Part shown: positions 49,760-64,000 of the stretch, piece by piece | Numbering within the stretch: position 1 is the first letter of the stretch | Layout of the letters: every line of letters begins with the position of its first letter | Assembly (NCBI RefSeq): GCF_036321535.1 | Contig: NC_087437.1 | Location: forward strand, 992,001-1,056,000 | Direction of reading: 5' to 3' | DNA from: Camelus dromedarius | Taxonomy: Eukaryota | DNA length: 64,000 nt | The notes under the pieces: generated by a model | What the model was told of the DNA's origin: nothing | The model's database searches: none | The model's input: only the letters and a program-made list of their open reading frames with translations | Program-made: the position numbers and the translations under genes

Positions 49760-49995
49760 TTATTAAATTCACATTTGTTGAGCACCAGAAATGTGCTACA
49801 TTCTTTTCTGAGCGTTTTACAGAAATGAATCCTTCAATCTTCACAACAAGTGAGTAAGGAAGGTTTGATAGTTATCCCAGGTTTACAATGTGGAAATTGA
49901 GGCACGGAGAGAGTAAGTAAGTTGGCCAAAGTCACAGAGCTAGTAAGTGACAGAGCTGGTATTTAAACCCTGGCTGTCTGATTTCCAGGCTCCCA
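49760..49995 (-). mobile_element. MIR
   Basis: atttgttgagcacc...aatcttcacaac...ggaaattgaggcac.gagagagtaagtaa.ttggccaaagtcacagagctagtaagtgacagagctgg. Confidence 0.8.
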
Positions 49996-51694
49996 GGGAT
50001 GGGCTTTGGGTGTTTAGAGGTATCTGCATCCCTGGATCTCTGTACCTCTGTGCATCACTTAGCCCAGAAAGGACAGGGAAAGGAGAGATACACAGGTGCT
50101 CACAGTCGTGTCTCAGCCACAGTCCACGGACAGTGCACTGTGATTGGCGTTAAATGTCTTCTGGGCAGCAGATCTTTTCGTATAACAGAAATTTAGTCCA
50201 TTGAGTTAATCTAGAAACCCTTCCTGCTCTGCTTCTGTCCACTCTTGTCATGTGACTGCCTGCCTGTGATTGGGCTGTTGAGGAGAATCTGTACTCATGG
50301 TTGAACTCTGATATTTCAGTCTGGTTTGTAGTTTCACATCTCCTGTTACATTAATAAATTAAATTTCTGGTTTTCTTGCATCGGTCTCTCATGAGTTTGG
50401 TTAATTTGAAACCAGTCCATGGGAGCCCAGGGGTGATGACGGTATAATTTCTGAGCACGTTGTGGCACTTCTACCTGTGCGGACCTGCGTGGAAGATTTC
50501 TGCACAGCAATGACCCAGGCACTCAGCTATAAACGCTGGGCGTGCTTGCTGTTAGATAGTACATTATTCCCAAAACAGGGACCTGGCTGATCTGGTGGTC
50601 TGCTTTGTAATGAAGATATCTAAAGAATTTATCTTGTTCCCCTCTCCCCATGTCTCCCCTAAAGGTAAACTAAGCCTTTTTACTCATTGCGGATTCTACA
50701 ACTCTGCCTCATCCCATCTTTCACGAAGTTCCTCCTTACTATCACACAACTGTTAAAGACTATTTCCTTTGATTATACACAATAAATATGGGAGCATTTG
50801 AGAGGTTCTTGGAGTTGGCTCCCTAATCCCTCTTGCTTTCTTTCCTTTTTCCACAGTCTTGAGTAATTCATTCCATGTTGGTAAGACTTTTGCCAGCCAG
50901 AATCCACAGTTCCAGGTGAGAAGGATGCAGACTTTATCTCTCCTACCCGAGGGAGAGAGAGGAAAGAATTGAGGTCTGCTCCCCCGTGGTCCCTTTCTGC
51001 CCCAGGGCCACTCATGTTCACCTGCAGCCTTCTGGCCTCTGCTCAGAAGGCCTCTGTCCCAGGACTGACTGCAGCCTTTTCTTCCCTTGTCTATATTTCC
51101 TGTGCCTTTCAGAAGTTGGTCTCTTCTCTGCAATTCAACCCTGGCAGATGTGATGGTGGTCAGCGAGCTGGTGGGCAGTCATTTGGTGACTCCCAGGAGC
51201 CATGATGATTCTCCTGAGTCTCTCATTCGGGGTTACAAATCTGTCGAGCACCGGAGGAAGCCCATTCACGTGAGGTCAACACAACATCACATCACTTTAA
51301 TTTTGTTTTTGAATTTTCAGTGGAGAAAGTATTTGTAGGAAACTGTTCCAGATTTTCGGCCGCCTGCTTTCCTCACCATTATTTCCTTTTTGGCTCTGGC
51401 GCTTGTTTAAAGAACCAGGTTACTTCTCTGGTCATTTGTAGCAGGTGGGCTTGCCGAATCCTTGATCTGCATTTGAAGCAGAATGCTTCTTCGTGATGTC
51501 AAACTGATTTTCCTTGTCATGTCTTAATAATTTGTGTACACTCATCAACTGTTTCAAGTTAAATGCTCTTTTCCAATTTCTGTTAACTCACATTTGCTGA
51601 ACTCCTGCTTTCATGCTGAGGGCAGTTTCTTCTTCCTGTAATAAAATTTAGCAATTTGCATTTACTATGGGAAGGTAACTGGCTGGAGGTGCTT

Positions 51695-52735
51695 TTTTTC
51701 TTACCAGTTTTAATAACAATTCACCCATTAAAATGTACGGCAGTTTTTACTCTATGCCCAGAATTGTTCATCCCAGTCAATCTTAGAAAATTTTCATACC
51801 CCCAACAGGAAGCCCCTTACGCATATGCAGACATCCCCATCTTCCCCATCCTCCCACAGCCTCAGAAAGCCACTTTTCTCTCTCTGTGGATTTGCCTGTG
51901 CTGGAAATTTCATGTAAATCTAGTTACTTCATGTAAGTGGAACCATCTATTGTGACTGACTTCTTTCACACTGAGTAACGTTTTCGATATTTGTCCAAGT
52001 TGTGGCCTGGGTCAGTACTCTATGCCTTGCTATTGCTGAATAATATTCCACTGTATGTCTGGGCCCCTCTGTTTACCCATTCATCACGTGATAGACATTT
52101 GTGTTGTTTCTGCTTTTTGGCTGTGATGAGTAATGGAGCCGTGAATATTCCTGTAGGAGTTTTTATATGAACATTTGTTTTCAGTTCTCTTACGTGTGTG
52201 CTCAGGAAGCAAAATTGCCTGGTCATTCAGAAACCAAATGTTCAACTCTCTAAGGACCTGCCAGGCGTTTTTCCAAAGTGGCCAGTCTGTGTTACATCCT
52301 CACCAGCAACGGCTGCGACCTCTGCATCTTCTGTGTCCTCATTAGTGCTTGTTACTCTTTTATTGATTATAATCTATTGTAGTGAGTGTGAAGCGGTTTC
52401 TCCTAGTGGTTTTGACTTGATTTCCCTTACAGCTAATGATATTGAACATCGTTTCTTTGTGCTTATTGGCCATTTGTATATTTTCCTTGAAAAATATTTT
52501 TCAGATCCTCTATTCATTTTTTAATTGAGTTGCCTTTTTATTGTTGAGTTGTAGGAGGTCCTTTTTTTTTTTTATACATACAAATTCCTTATCAGATAAA
52601 TGATTTGAAAAAATTTTCTCCTGTGTGTTGTTTTTTCACTTTCTGTATGGTGTCATTTGAAGCAAAGTTTTTAATTTTGATGAACTCCAATTTATCTCTG
52701 TTTTCTTTGTTCCTTGTGCTTTTGTGGTAATATTT
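51695..52735 (-). mobile_element. L1MB-like fragment
   Basis: ttgctgaataatattccactgtatg...tttacccattcatc...gctaatgatattgaacatc...gtgcttattggccatttgtata...ttttaattttgatgaactccaatttatc. Confidence 0.85.
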
Positions 52736-54369
52736 AATATCTGAGGTATTTTATTTAACCTTTTATATATAAAATAACTTAATTATTAGGACCATTCTAG
52801 GAGACGGGTGCTGTTGTTGTCCCCAGTCTATGGATAGGAGACTGAGATTCAGAAAATTTCACTGACTTATCAGTGTCAAAGCTACACAGTGCTGTTGGAA
52901 TTCAGACCCTCATGTTTGTCCCAAGTATCTGTGATCCTCACCACCATGCTCCACTCCTTCCTGGAACCGTTAATGAAAAAGCCTTTACTTTTTTGATTTC
53001 TTGTTAGTTTTTGTTTTTCTCATTGGGGCCTCATCTCCTCATTTCCTTAAAGAGATCAGTGTAGGTTTATTTTAGGTCTCTTGTAGGCAGAAGCATTGCT
53101 ATCAGTTAACTTCTTTATTACTCACTCCCCAGTGATTGCTGTTGCTAGTTGACCTAATGAAGTCTTGCTTTAGTCTTTCCTTCTCATGACACTAACAACA
53201 GAGTCATGACTTACAGAATGCTTAAAGAAGAATGTACTTGATTGATTTTATTTTGCTAACCAATCAAACCAATCAAATAAATACCTGGTGTTGAAACATA
53301 CGGTAAGCCCTCCAGAATAGGGTCACTGTCTTCCTTGTGTTTCATTTGTTTGGTCACAGTGTCTGGATAGTGCCTTGCTGTCCAGCAGTTTTGTTAGGAT
53401 ATGGTGCTTGTGAATCATTCTAAGGACAGAATTTTGACAACAGACTGTGTTGTTCATTTCACGGGGGAAAAGTTAATATAGAAATACTGCTCAGATCTAT
53501 TTTAAAATTAAGTTTAGAAATTTGAGAAGAGTTCAAGAAACCATACAAAGATCTTTTTCACTAATTTTAGATCTATCTTAGACAAATTATGGTTACATAG
53601 CAGAGTAACTTATCAAGTAGATTTGACAAGAGGAGTGTATTATTGATTATTTGTTTTAGTTGAAATATTCTAGCTGGGATAAAATATTCAGTGCCCATAA
53701 ATGAACAAATATGTTTGTGTTTCTATGCAACATGGGAGTAGACTTCATATGTTTCTATATAATATATATGACTGTGTGTTTTAATCTGTCTGTCAGTGTT
53801 TTTATAGTTTTTCAGCAATGTTGTAACTTTGCAATTCTTCTAAGAAAATCACCTCAGATTCTAGTGCAGTTTGTACTGTGTATGCTGTCTTATGCATGGG
53901 ATTCCACTGTCCCCTTAGTGAGGAATTTCCTCTTCTATTGTGTTAGTATCAGAGTTAAAGGAACTGTGATTTCTAGGCCTTTGCTTTCCATGTGTTTGCA
54001 CTTGGATGTCAATCACAATTTTCCCTTTCTTGAGTTTTCATTGTTCAATTAGAATTTTTGAAAATAACTTAATTTGTTGCATCGGTCTCCCTAGAAACTT
54101 GATGTGTTTGTGCTTTTCAGTTTTCAATTAATGAAAAATGTAAATACACTCTTGTTTTTAAGTAGTCCTTTTTCACTAGATATTTGTTTACCTCTTTATA
54201 GTTAAAATATTTTTTCCCAATGAGTGAATCGGTGTGTATATTTTAAAAGAAACCTTACTTTTTATTCTTTTTATTGTAACACTTATATTCATTGTAGAGA
54301 ATTTAGAAAATAAGGATAAACACAGTAATAACTTCACAATGGCCTCTAATCTCACCTGGAGATACAGTT

Positions 54370-54670
54370 GTAAGGATTGAAATTGAGAATTACAAGTCCT
54401 CTTAAATTGTTCTTCTTTTTCAAGTACGATTTGGTTACTGAGACCCTTGAATTCCCATATGAATTGTAGCAGCAGCTAGTCAGTTTCTGCAGAGGAGCCC
54501 GCTGGGATTGTGATCGAGACCATGTTGAATATACGGATCGCTTTGAGGAGCACTGCCATTCCAAGAGCTCTGACTTCTGATCCAGGAATATGCGTGGTGT
54601 GTCTGTCCAGTTATTTAGGTCTTCTTTAATTTTTTTTTCAACAATGCTTTGAGTTTACAGAGTTTTATTT
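54370..54670 (-). mobile_element. L1 ORF2 fragment
   Basis: ttgttcttctttttcaag...ttcccatatgaatt...ttatttaggtcttctttaattt. Confidence 0.65.
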
Positions 54671-57600
54671 TACTTTTTGTTTTTTGCCTTTATACTGAGG
54701 ACAAGTGTGCAAGGTACCAGAATCAGAAGTGTATTTGAGCCCCGCCACTTGCTGCCACAATGGTCGCTGCACTCTTGCTTCACCCGCTCTACAATCTTGC
54801 ACAAAATAGGACCTCAGTAACTCTCTCTCTCTCTTGAATGATTGTATGATTGTTGGATGATGCTTGAGAGTCCTTGTGATGATTTTATTTCCCCAGCCTT
54901 TCCCCAATTCTTTACTATGCCCTTTCTCTTCCTTTCCTCCAGCCTGGGTTTCAGTCTACCTGTGGCATTGATTTTTCTTGTCTGTAGACACTACCTTTCA
55001 CTGGTTCACGATCATTTTACATGTGGGCTGTGGAAAATTGCTAGATGTCAAGAAAGAGCCAATCGATTGCATGCTAGTATTTTTAGAGTGTGTTACTGTT
55101 TTATCGATTGAAATTAAATCAGGTTGACCCCCTGAGCCCTCCCGTGAGCTGTTTTCGCCTTCCTACAGGTGATACTGCTCTGGTTGCTGAATGTGCCCTT
55201 TCCCCAGACTTGGTTTTGGAGTTAAGTCACCATCAGTGGAGCCCTCTCTTTAAAAGATGAAGAGAACATTTGCTCCTTCTCCCTGGTTGGGGACTTGGAT
55301 GAGATGAGGTACCAGATAAAGAATGGAGCCCCACCTCATTCTAACACCCGCTCGTTCCATTCCTTTCTCCAGGGAAAAAGAGTACAATTCAACACTATAA
55401 ACATTGATTGTGAGCTAATGAGATAGACAGGACAACCGATCATTTATTAAATATCCTTTCATGCCAGAAACAAATGTATTATACACACAAAAAGCACACA
55501 AAGAACGGTAGTAACGTGATTACACACGTGGGTCCGAGTTCGAGTCCTGCTCTGGAGTGACCAGTCCTGAGAGATGGAGAAATGTTAGGTCAGCTTAACT
55601 TCTCCCGGACTTGTTTGCTGTCCTGCAAAGACGGGCTTGCTAGGCGTCCCTCCCCCTTAGAGGTGCTGTGGGGTGTAAATGGCGCGTGGGCAGCCCGAGC
55701 ACAGCTGCTCATTCCTCGTAAGGGCAGGATAGCATCGCTTTTGCGGTGACAGCTTTATGACCGTCCCGTGTAGACTCTTAGTGCTCCGAAGGGATGCCTT
55801 GTGGTTTGGAGATGGGATTCTCACTTCTGTAAATACCCAAGGATTGTGTTATTGGGCCGTGCTGATTTGAATCTATTCTTTAGAAAGTACATAATGTAGA
55901 TATATTTTTCAAGCATGCATGCTTTTTTCTTTTATTATTTATAGTTCTACCCTCTCTCTTGGTGTGGCTTTTCATGGAATCCAGGAAACAGTCCTAAGCC
56001 ACCTGCCTCTTCACACTTCTCCGTGGTGGTTTTCTTCCCTGACTAGAAGAGGGTTCTGCATAGGAAATTTTCTTTGTTCCCCTTTTCTTGGAGTCTCTCT
56101 GTCTGTCTGCCCATCTCTCACCTGTCCATCTGTCCATTTATCTACCCACTGAATCTTCTGACATGTTCCAAAAAGCATTTCAGGCAGCTTACAGAAGAAC
56201 AGATACCAAATAAACAGGTGAGAAATTGGGGCCAAGTTCAGACAGTGAGGCTAGGAGGCAAGCCTGTGTTAGGGTTGCAGGCATGAGAGACACGCGTCTG
56301 CCCTGTGACTTATAAGATTGACAGCAACAGTGTGCCTGAGGCTCCCAGCAGACACAGGGAAACAGGGTTTGTGGGAGATGCTCACTGGCTGCGAAATAAA
56401 TAAGTGGCTTAGGAGATGCCCAGCCTTTCCAGCTACTAAGGCTTAGGAGAATATTTTGAGTTTCTTCCAAAATCAGAATATTGCATCTTTTCTTTTTTCA
56501 GAGATCTATGTATAGTTTGTTACATTCTATACCTGGAAATTTCTCCAAAACTGCTTCCCACATGAGTCCCATGGCTCGGGAATGGGGTGGTTCTGCTCAT
56601 TGACGGGGGTTGGCCAGAAACAGAAAATGACAGCCTCAAAGGAGCCTGGGATTTGTCAGTTATGTTTTGTCAGTACTGTAGAGTTCAAACTCTTTCACAG
56701 TATCTCTCCATCTGAGGAGGCAGCGTGCTCTCTTACCAGCATCAGGAGCTCAGGACCACAGGATGGTGCGGGCTGAATGCACTGCCGTCAAGACAGCTGT
56801 GCTAGTCACTGCAGGTGTGGTTCTTTTTCATACGGCATTTCATGTTCTTTACTAGAATGTTTCAACAGGGAGTTAATTAACTGAGTCAATTCACATTTAA
56901 TAAATATGATGCTTTGTTGAAAAGACAGTTATAGGCAGAATATAAGCTGTGAAGAATTTAAAAACGGTTTCATTACTGAAATTTCTGTAGGGAAGATACA
57001 CAGTTTATCTTATTTATTCCTCTCTTTTAAAGTAACAAAGAAACAAGACAGAAAAGGCAGAGGATGGTTTCTGTTCTTCCTCTCCGCTTGCAGGTGCCCT
57101 CACCTCCAGTAGCATCCATCCAGACACCAGCACTGACACTGGCCGTGCTCAGAACTGCCTCAGCCCTGAAGACACAACTGACAAATAGAAGGGGGCTACA
57201 CCCTATGACAGCAGGTGCTCTCACTTTGTGGGTCCTTATGTAACTGCACGATGTTAATCAGGATCGCCCGTTCTACATTGTGTAGCGCTGCTGCGGTGTC
57301 TCCTAGTTACTTGTTTCTGTAAGTATTCATGTATTATTCCCCAATGCGTGTTACTACACGCCTAAAAATGCTTTTTTCAGATGAAAAATAATTTGCATTT
57401 AATATAATAAGTCTGAAAAAAGGGGCAAAATAGTCTATCCTGGTCCCGCTACTCAGAGATAATAATTAACAATTTAACATTTATTTTCTGTTCTTTTCGT
57501 CAGTGTGTATCAGCTCTGTCATAAAAACCAGTGAGCACTCTGTCCCTGTTTACTGTGCGGAGATCTCCATTTTCCATTCGTCTTATTACATGTTTTTCTA

Positions 57601-58389
57601 CAATATTCTATCTCCCCTGGCATGATTTTTAATGACCAGTGTAGCATTCTGTCTTAAGGAATGCATCGTCCATTTTACTTCGGACTTAAATAAACTTTTA
57701 AATTCCAAGTATACTTAACTGAAATACTGAAAAGAGAACTGTGGTGGTACAGGAAGGCCCCTAACTCCCTTCTCATTATTTCCTGAGAGTAAAAGCTGTG
57801 GAAAATTTGGTATATATATTTCATGACCTTTATGCCTATGAGATACATATATATACACATATGAGAAATCAATGTATAGGTGTGTGTATATATGATTTAT
57901 TTAAAAATGAGACCATACTATATGTTTTTCTGCAGCTCGCTTTATTCACTCAGGGGTATATCATAGACGTCCTCCCACTCCAGACTCACCCGGTCCTTTC
58001 AGATAGATTGGAGGGGTCTCCTGATGTGCGGGTGTCGTCTCTTGTCCACGGACACATTTGGTGGGAGAGTGCTGTGGACAAGGCCCTGGACCACGGCGAA
58101 ACGCCGGTTCCCTCAGCGCCCACAGCTCGCCTTGAATTACCGTAACATTGTCTTCATTGTGGACAGTTAAGTTTTCTCCACTTTCCACTGTCAGAAAGAA
58201 TGTTTGACTTGCATCCTTCTTGTACAGACATTCCTGTGATCTTGTATGGATATTCCTTTAGTTAAGGCTTCTGGAAATTTAGTCCCTGGATGTGACACTT
58301 ACATTCATCACAGACTCCTTTCAAGTGACTCTAGAAATTCCTTCTCCATTGGGGAATGAAAAAATGCGCAATTACTTATGTAACCAATT

Positions 58390-59900
58390 CTCTATCGCTG
58401 GATATGATTTCACTTCAGTTTTTCTTCCCACCTTTGTAAACAGTGCTGTGTAAATGCCCTGATGGATACATCTGTTTGGACTGATTGTTTTTTTTCTAAA
58501 GGAAACGATTCCTAGAAGTGGAGTTGAGTCAGTGTGTATGTACGTTTTTCAGAGTTTACATATCCATTGATATGTCATCCTCTGAAAAAGTCGCTTATGA
58601 TTTGTTCTCACACAGATGGACACTAACTAGAATATCTTAAAAATATTCGCCAATATGATAAGCAAAAGTGCTTTTTCATTGTTTTTGTTTGCATTTGATG
58701 ACCAGTGAAGTTTTGAGCTTTTTTCATTCATTAGCCTTTTGAATTTTTTAAAATGAATGATTCATTTTGTCCTTTGCAAACATTTAAGTGAGGGAGCTTC
58801 TTGTTGCTTTGTGACAGCTCTTTGTATGTTATGAAAATTTACTTCGTGACTTCATCAACATGTATCACAGAGCTTTTTCTTGTCATTTCTTTCCTTTCAT
58901 TTTGTTCAGAAAGTTTTTTATTCTTGTTGTGGCTCAAACTACTCTTAAGATAGTAAATGTCTTCCTTATGGGTTTTATCTTTGACATTCTTAGAAATACT
59001 TCCTTATAATGGAATAAATCTCTTCTGTAGGTTTTTTTAATCTCTAAGGTGGTGATTGTAATAGTACTTGTTATAGTGAGGAGAAGTTGAGTTAATAAGA
59101 GCAAAGGGTTGTATTTGCTGTTATTAGTACTTTTTAATATTTACATCACTATGTGCAATTTATCTTGTGGTCATTATGACAGGAATAGAATTTATTCTTT
59201 CTAGGTGATTCTGATTGTCCCAGGACAATTATTGAATTCATACTTTTCTCTTTGATTTGAAATCCCACCTGTACAAAATATTTACATACACTAGAGTCTC
59301 TTTTTGAACTCATGGTTCCTTTCTGTCAATCTCCATTCCTTACTCCAGCACCATATCTTACATATTGTAAAAATTTATTTAATCACTGGCAGTCTGATTT
59401 TTTTTGATTCTTTTCTTCCATCCCAAATTTTCTTGTCTAGTATTATGACTTTATTATTCCTGAAGAGTTCCAAAATATTTTGTTCAAGTTAAAAAACATC
59501 AGATTGGAATTTTCATGGGAGTTTTTAGTAAGTTTTGAATTATTCTTAGGAGAACTTACATCTTTACAAAACTGCTTTCCTCCATGCAATATGTTTATGT
59601 CTCTACATTCATACCTCTTACTTTAACACTCAGTATAGTCCTGAAGTTTCTCCATTTAGAACATGGGCATTATTTTTGAATTTATTCCAGTTTATTGTTT
59701 ATGTTTTTGTTAATTTTGTGAGAATTTTTTGCTATTATATATTTAAATGCTTAAAACTGACATTTAGAAAGGAAGATTCGGTTTGTCAATACTCAATTTG
59801 TAACTTGTCATTTAAAATTGTAAGTATTAAGCACTTGTTCCAGAATCCTTTCTTTTCTGTTTTTAAAAATTTGTTTCCAAGATTCTCAAAATGGTCATAG
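58390..59900 (-). mobile_element. highly degraded old L1
   Basis: AT-rich with scattered antisense L1 motifs (attcctagaagtgga; attggaattttcatggg; ggagaacttacatctttac). Confidence 0.45.
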
Positions 59901-60762
59901 CTAAGTAGTAGTATAGGTGGGGAGACAGATGGAGAGAGGTAGTGTGGCTCATGTACAGACTGTGAGCAGTTTCATGGCTGCCTTTAGGCTGGAGAAGCCG
60001 CAGAAGAGCCCAGGTTAGACCGGGGGTGGCTTTGTATGCACTTGAAAGCCAGCTTTCCTGCCTGTATGGTGAAGCCTGGTGGGCGTGGCAGGTAGATGAT
60101 CAAGGTCCGATGGAGGTCATTGGCTGCACAGAACGCTGTGTCTGTGAGAACTGGCTAACATTACCATGGGAAATGCTTGGCGCCAGGAACACTGCAGGGG
60201 AGCTGGGGAGCCTGTGTGTTAAGGATTTTCCAGTCCTGGGAGTGGGAAGAGCAGACTCTGCATTCAGATCTGAGTTTGAATTCATCCTCTTTAGTTTACT
60301 GGTCCTCTGACTTTTATCAAGTTATACATCCTCTTTGAACTCCTGTTTTCTTGTCTCTCAAAACAGGAGAATTACGGCCTGCTGCTAGAGTGTTTGATCA
60401 GTGTAAATGATTTGTGTCTATAAGATGCCACGTACAGCCACAATCTCAGTGAGAAATGGGTTGTCGCCTCTTCTTCTGCAACTCAGTGCTCGATAAGACA
60501 TCGGGGGAAAGCCAGTCCCTAATTTGTTGTGATGCAATGAGGAACAAAATTAACGTTTGCCTTTCCCTAGCAGTATTCTTAATTCTTTGTTTCATTTACC
60601 TCTTTCCTCCTTTACTCTCCCCTTTCACCTCCTCCACCAAAAGAGACTGAGACTGTCTGAGAACACTAGATTCAAATTACTTTAAATGTTGGCTCATCCC
60701 CATGAAATTACAGTGACATTAAAAAAAATCTGTACACATCCCAGACGATTATATTTGATTTA

Positions 60763-60789
60763 TACACACACACACACACACACACACAC
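60763..60789 (+). repeat. (CA)n microsatellite
   Basis: Seen directly. Confidence 0.95.
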
Positions 60790-62274
60790 AATCAGGATGC
60801 CTCCCGTTTGCTGAAGGAGAAGGACCACTTTTTCTGAGTTTTCATTCACTGAGCGTGAGAGGAAAGTCTCTTAAGCAGAAATTCACCTGGCTTCGTGCAT
60901 GGTTTTTTAAATTGGATTTCTGCTTTGTGTCCATAGAAATATTCTCCTATTAGAAGAGGGGAAGTGGAGACATAGATATTCTGCTGAGATATTGGTGCCA
61001 TCATATTTGAGTTGGAAAGGATTTATGACAGCATAGAGTTGTAACTTTTTATGGGTGAGAATCCATGATAGTGTAACTTGGACAAGAACCCGGGTCTTCT
61101 GTCTTCGTGTCCACGTGGATGAAGAGGCAACTGGGTGGGGGATGGCAGGGATCCTTCTTGCTTGAGTTCCAGGGTCTTGCTAGTTTTCATTGTTCAGCTG
61201 CCTTTAGTTTATGTCCATGTGGCCTCTCATGGGAAGGTCACTATGTCCTGATAGATTGAGTTTCTAATCAGCAAAAAGGTCTGGACCCACTAATGGTTCC
61301 CAGAGATTTTCTGCTGACCTGCTGACACTTTATATACATGAGACTTAAGAAATTGCTGGATATAAAATCCTTAATGTTATCGTTTGCCCTCGAGTTCCAT
61401 AGGAATGGAGTGCTGTCTCAGGCTGTCTAAGGCTAGATCTGAACAAATATAGGGTGATAGGCTGCCCAGCTGGACCCTCCCCAATCTAATGGGATTTCCA
61501 CCTTAGTTTTTAGAATCAGGCAGATTAGTTCAAATCTTGCCTTTACCATTTATTAGCTTTGTGACCTTGAGGAAGTAACTTTACTTTGTGAGGGACCAAT
61601 TTTCTTTGTCTGTAAATAAGTTCAGTATTTATTTTAGGGTTTTTGTTTTAGAATTGAATGAATCAATTCCTTCATTTATTCCTAAAATACAGATCACATG
61701 GTTCTATGCTGGTGCCTTATTAGTTGATTACTAAGGGACTCAGCAGTGAGAATGTGGGTGAGGACCCCTGGATAATAGAGCTTATATTCCAGGATATGCT
61801 TGTAAAAGACTGGATTGCAGTGGATTTTTAGTAAATGTCCACTCCATTCCTAATCCCCATTGATTGTGTATATATCTTTATACTAATATATGAACAATTT
61901 TTTATTGCAATTTAAGTCTCTGTAGTATTTAAAGTATGTAGCTATAACAAAATTACGTGAAATAAAATTATCTGACTTTTATTTTCTTTTCAATAAGCAA
62001 AACAAAATAAAATAGAAAAGAAAAGAAAAAGTTTTGAAGGAGTAGAAATAATTTTATTTCCGTGGAATCAACTCCCTATGTTAGGTTTTTCGGTTGTGTT
62101 CTTAAACAGCATATAAAATTGACAGGTTTTGTGTTCAGTGTTGATAGCTGGGTGAGTAGTTTCTTTTTGTGGTTGTCTTTGATGAATTATTTGCACTAGA
62201 TCATAAGTAATGTGCATGTTACATATTGGAAACGAGGAAACAGTGGAGACATACTACCTCCAATGCAGTCATTT

Positions 62275-62816
62275 TGTTACCGAGTCCAAACTCATTCTGC
62301 TCACCAAATGACAGGCCAATAAACCGGGAGATGAGGTGTTGGAGCAAGGAATAGTGACTTTATTTGCAAAGCTGGCAGATCCAGAAGATGGCAGACTGAT
62401 GTCCTGGAGAATCATCTTCCACAAGTCAGAATTGAGTCTTCTTTTATACTAAAAAGGGGCGGGGTTTTGATTGGTTGTTGGAAACTTCTTGCTGTATGAA
62501 TTGCTTGTCCTTTGAATCCGCTGTTCTTGCAGCTGTCCATGCGGATCAAATCATGTTGCCCCTGTGAAAACTCCAAAAAAAAAAACAAAGGTTATTCTCT
62601 ATTTTGCAACTTGCCATCTCTACATAAGTGCAGATGAATTAGCATCCTTCAAGATCACGGCCAGGAGAATAGGCTGTCCTGGATATTTCAGTCTAAAGGC
62701 AACTTTCTTTTACAAATGGTGCAGAGCTAGGAAGTCTGAGCCTAGAAAACAGGGCACAGGTTTAAAGCCAAAGGAACAGACCTAATATGGGGTCAAAATT
62801 GTTCTTTTCTATTACA
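62275..62816 (-). mobile_element. ERV solo LTR, copy 3
   Basis: TG...CA termini and a near-match 4-bp TSD (attt/attc). The AATAAA is on the minus strand (gactttatttg). Homologous to 28306-28825. Confidence 0.82.
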
Positions 62817-64000
62817 ATTCCCTTTTCTGCTTCATAGATAATTTTAGTAAGAAACATGAGCAATTTTGTATTTTTGCTTCTTAATAACCGATAAGTGGGC
62901 CAACTATATTTTTGTGAGCAGAGATGCTGTGCGGGCATAGGGGTCACAGCACACTCTTGTTGGGGGTGGCCGACCCTGAAACATGTCTGATGCCACGTGA
63001 GTGTTGGTGAGGGTCCCCCTAGCCAGCGGCACTCTTCAGGAAGTAGCATATGTGCTTTGACTTCTTGAGACCTCATTTTCGGCTGCAGGAAATTTTTTCA
63101 GATACTGCGATTGAAAAATCACTCCAGCTGGGGATAATTAGGGAAAAAAGGAAAGGGAAAAGGGTTTGGAGTAGAGTAGAAGAGAAGGACATAAGATCAC
63201 GGAGCCTGAGTGCTTGGCAGCGGGGCCTCGGGAGAGAGGGGAGCAGAGGTGGGGAGGGGCCTGACCTTGGAACCAGCTCCTGCACCTGTCCCCGTGCCCA
63301 ACCACATAGCTTCCAATGGGCCTGGGCCACCTCTCTGGGCTGGATGTCACCCTGTGCAGAACCTTGAAAATCGAATGTAAGGGGTGGGCAGCACTCACCT
63401 AGGGGGTCACTGTGGATTTCAGTCAAGTCCACAGTGCCTTTTCTGGTCATGTGCCTTCACTTGTCCTTTATCTCAGGATCTGAGGAGGAGGAGAAAGGAA
63501 CTCAGGTAGAGATCCAGGAAGATATCCGACTGTGTTAAGAGAGGACAGACACAGTTAAAAGGGGACCGAGGATACTTGCAGCAAAGTAAAATGACTTCAC
63601 AACTATTGCTTCAGAGCTGCAGGTGTGAGAGAGCCTAAGCCTGTTTCAGAGTGCAGGGGACAAGCGGAAAGGAATGGCAAAATTTCCACTGAAATTTGAA
63701 ATTTTGTTAAATAGCCTGCTACTGTTGCTTGTATCACTTGAATGAATGCAGGCATATTTCTGTGGGCATTTATATGTTCACTCAACCCCACCAGCCACTC
63801 TTGCCCCCATCGGGGATGGGCTTTCTCAAGCACAGTGCACCTCCTGCTTCGGTGGGCCACGCTTCGGGTCCTCGCCTGGGGCCGGGCTGCTGCAGGGCAC
63901 TGAGTCCCTGAGGCACGGCCTGTGATACACGACAGGAACATCTCTGCTATCGACTGAGGGCCTCCTTTTCCCCCTGCAGTGTAAGAATTCCGGTGACTGA

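Noticed and set aside
63478..63506. Possible micro-exon (ctttatctcag|gatctgaggaggaggagaaaggaactcag|gtagag)
   Set aside because: The donor is weak and I see no homology or supporting neighbouring exons.

Overview
This is mammalian genomic DNA, probably from a camelid judging by the tRNA-derived SINEs. I cannot support any intact protein-coding gene. The window is a mosaic of unprocessed, intron-flanked, disabled fragments of three genes that are unlinked in human: POFUT2 exons 1-2 (minus, 0.6-2.3 kb), the MRAP2 last exon with its 3'UTR (plus, 19.4-21.35 kb) and the first coding exon of TRAPPC9 (plus, 35.3-35.9 kb). That pattern fits a segmental-duplication hub. The most unusual structure is a 2.1-kb GC-rich array at 15.54-17.63 kb of about 14 diverged ~160-bp monomers with 3-mer/6-mer higher-order periodicity. 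Several monomers carry splice donors, and the array lies upstream of a clean 110-bp exon and the orphan MRAP2 exon, which suggests a chimeric transcription unit. A separate CpG island with a strong donor (30.6-31.2 kb) lies upstream of the TRAPPC9 exon. The rest is intron-like DNA with L1, L2, MIR, MaLR, ERV solo LTRs, hAT elements and microsatellites. Gene and repeat identities come from my recall of the sequences, not from database searches.
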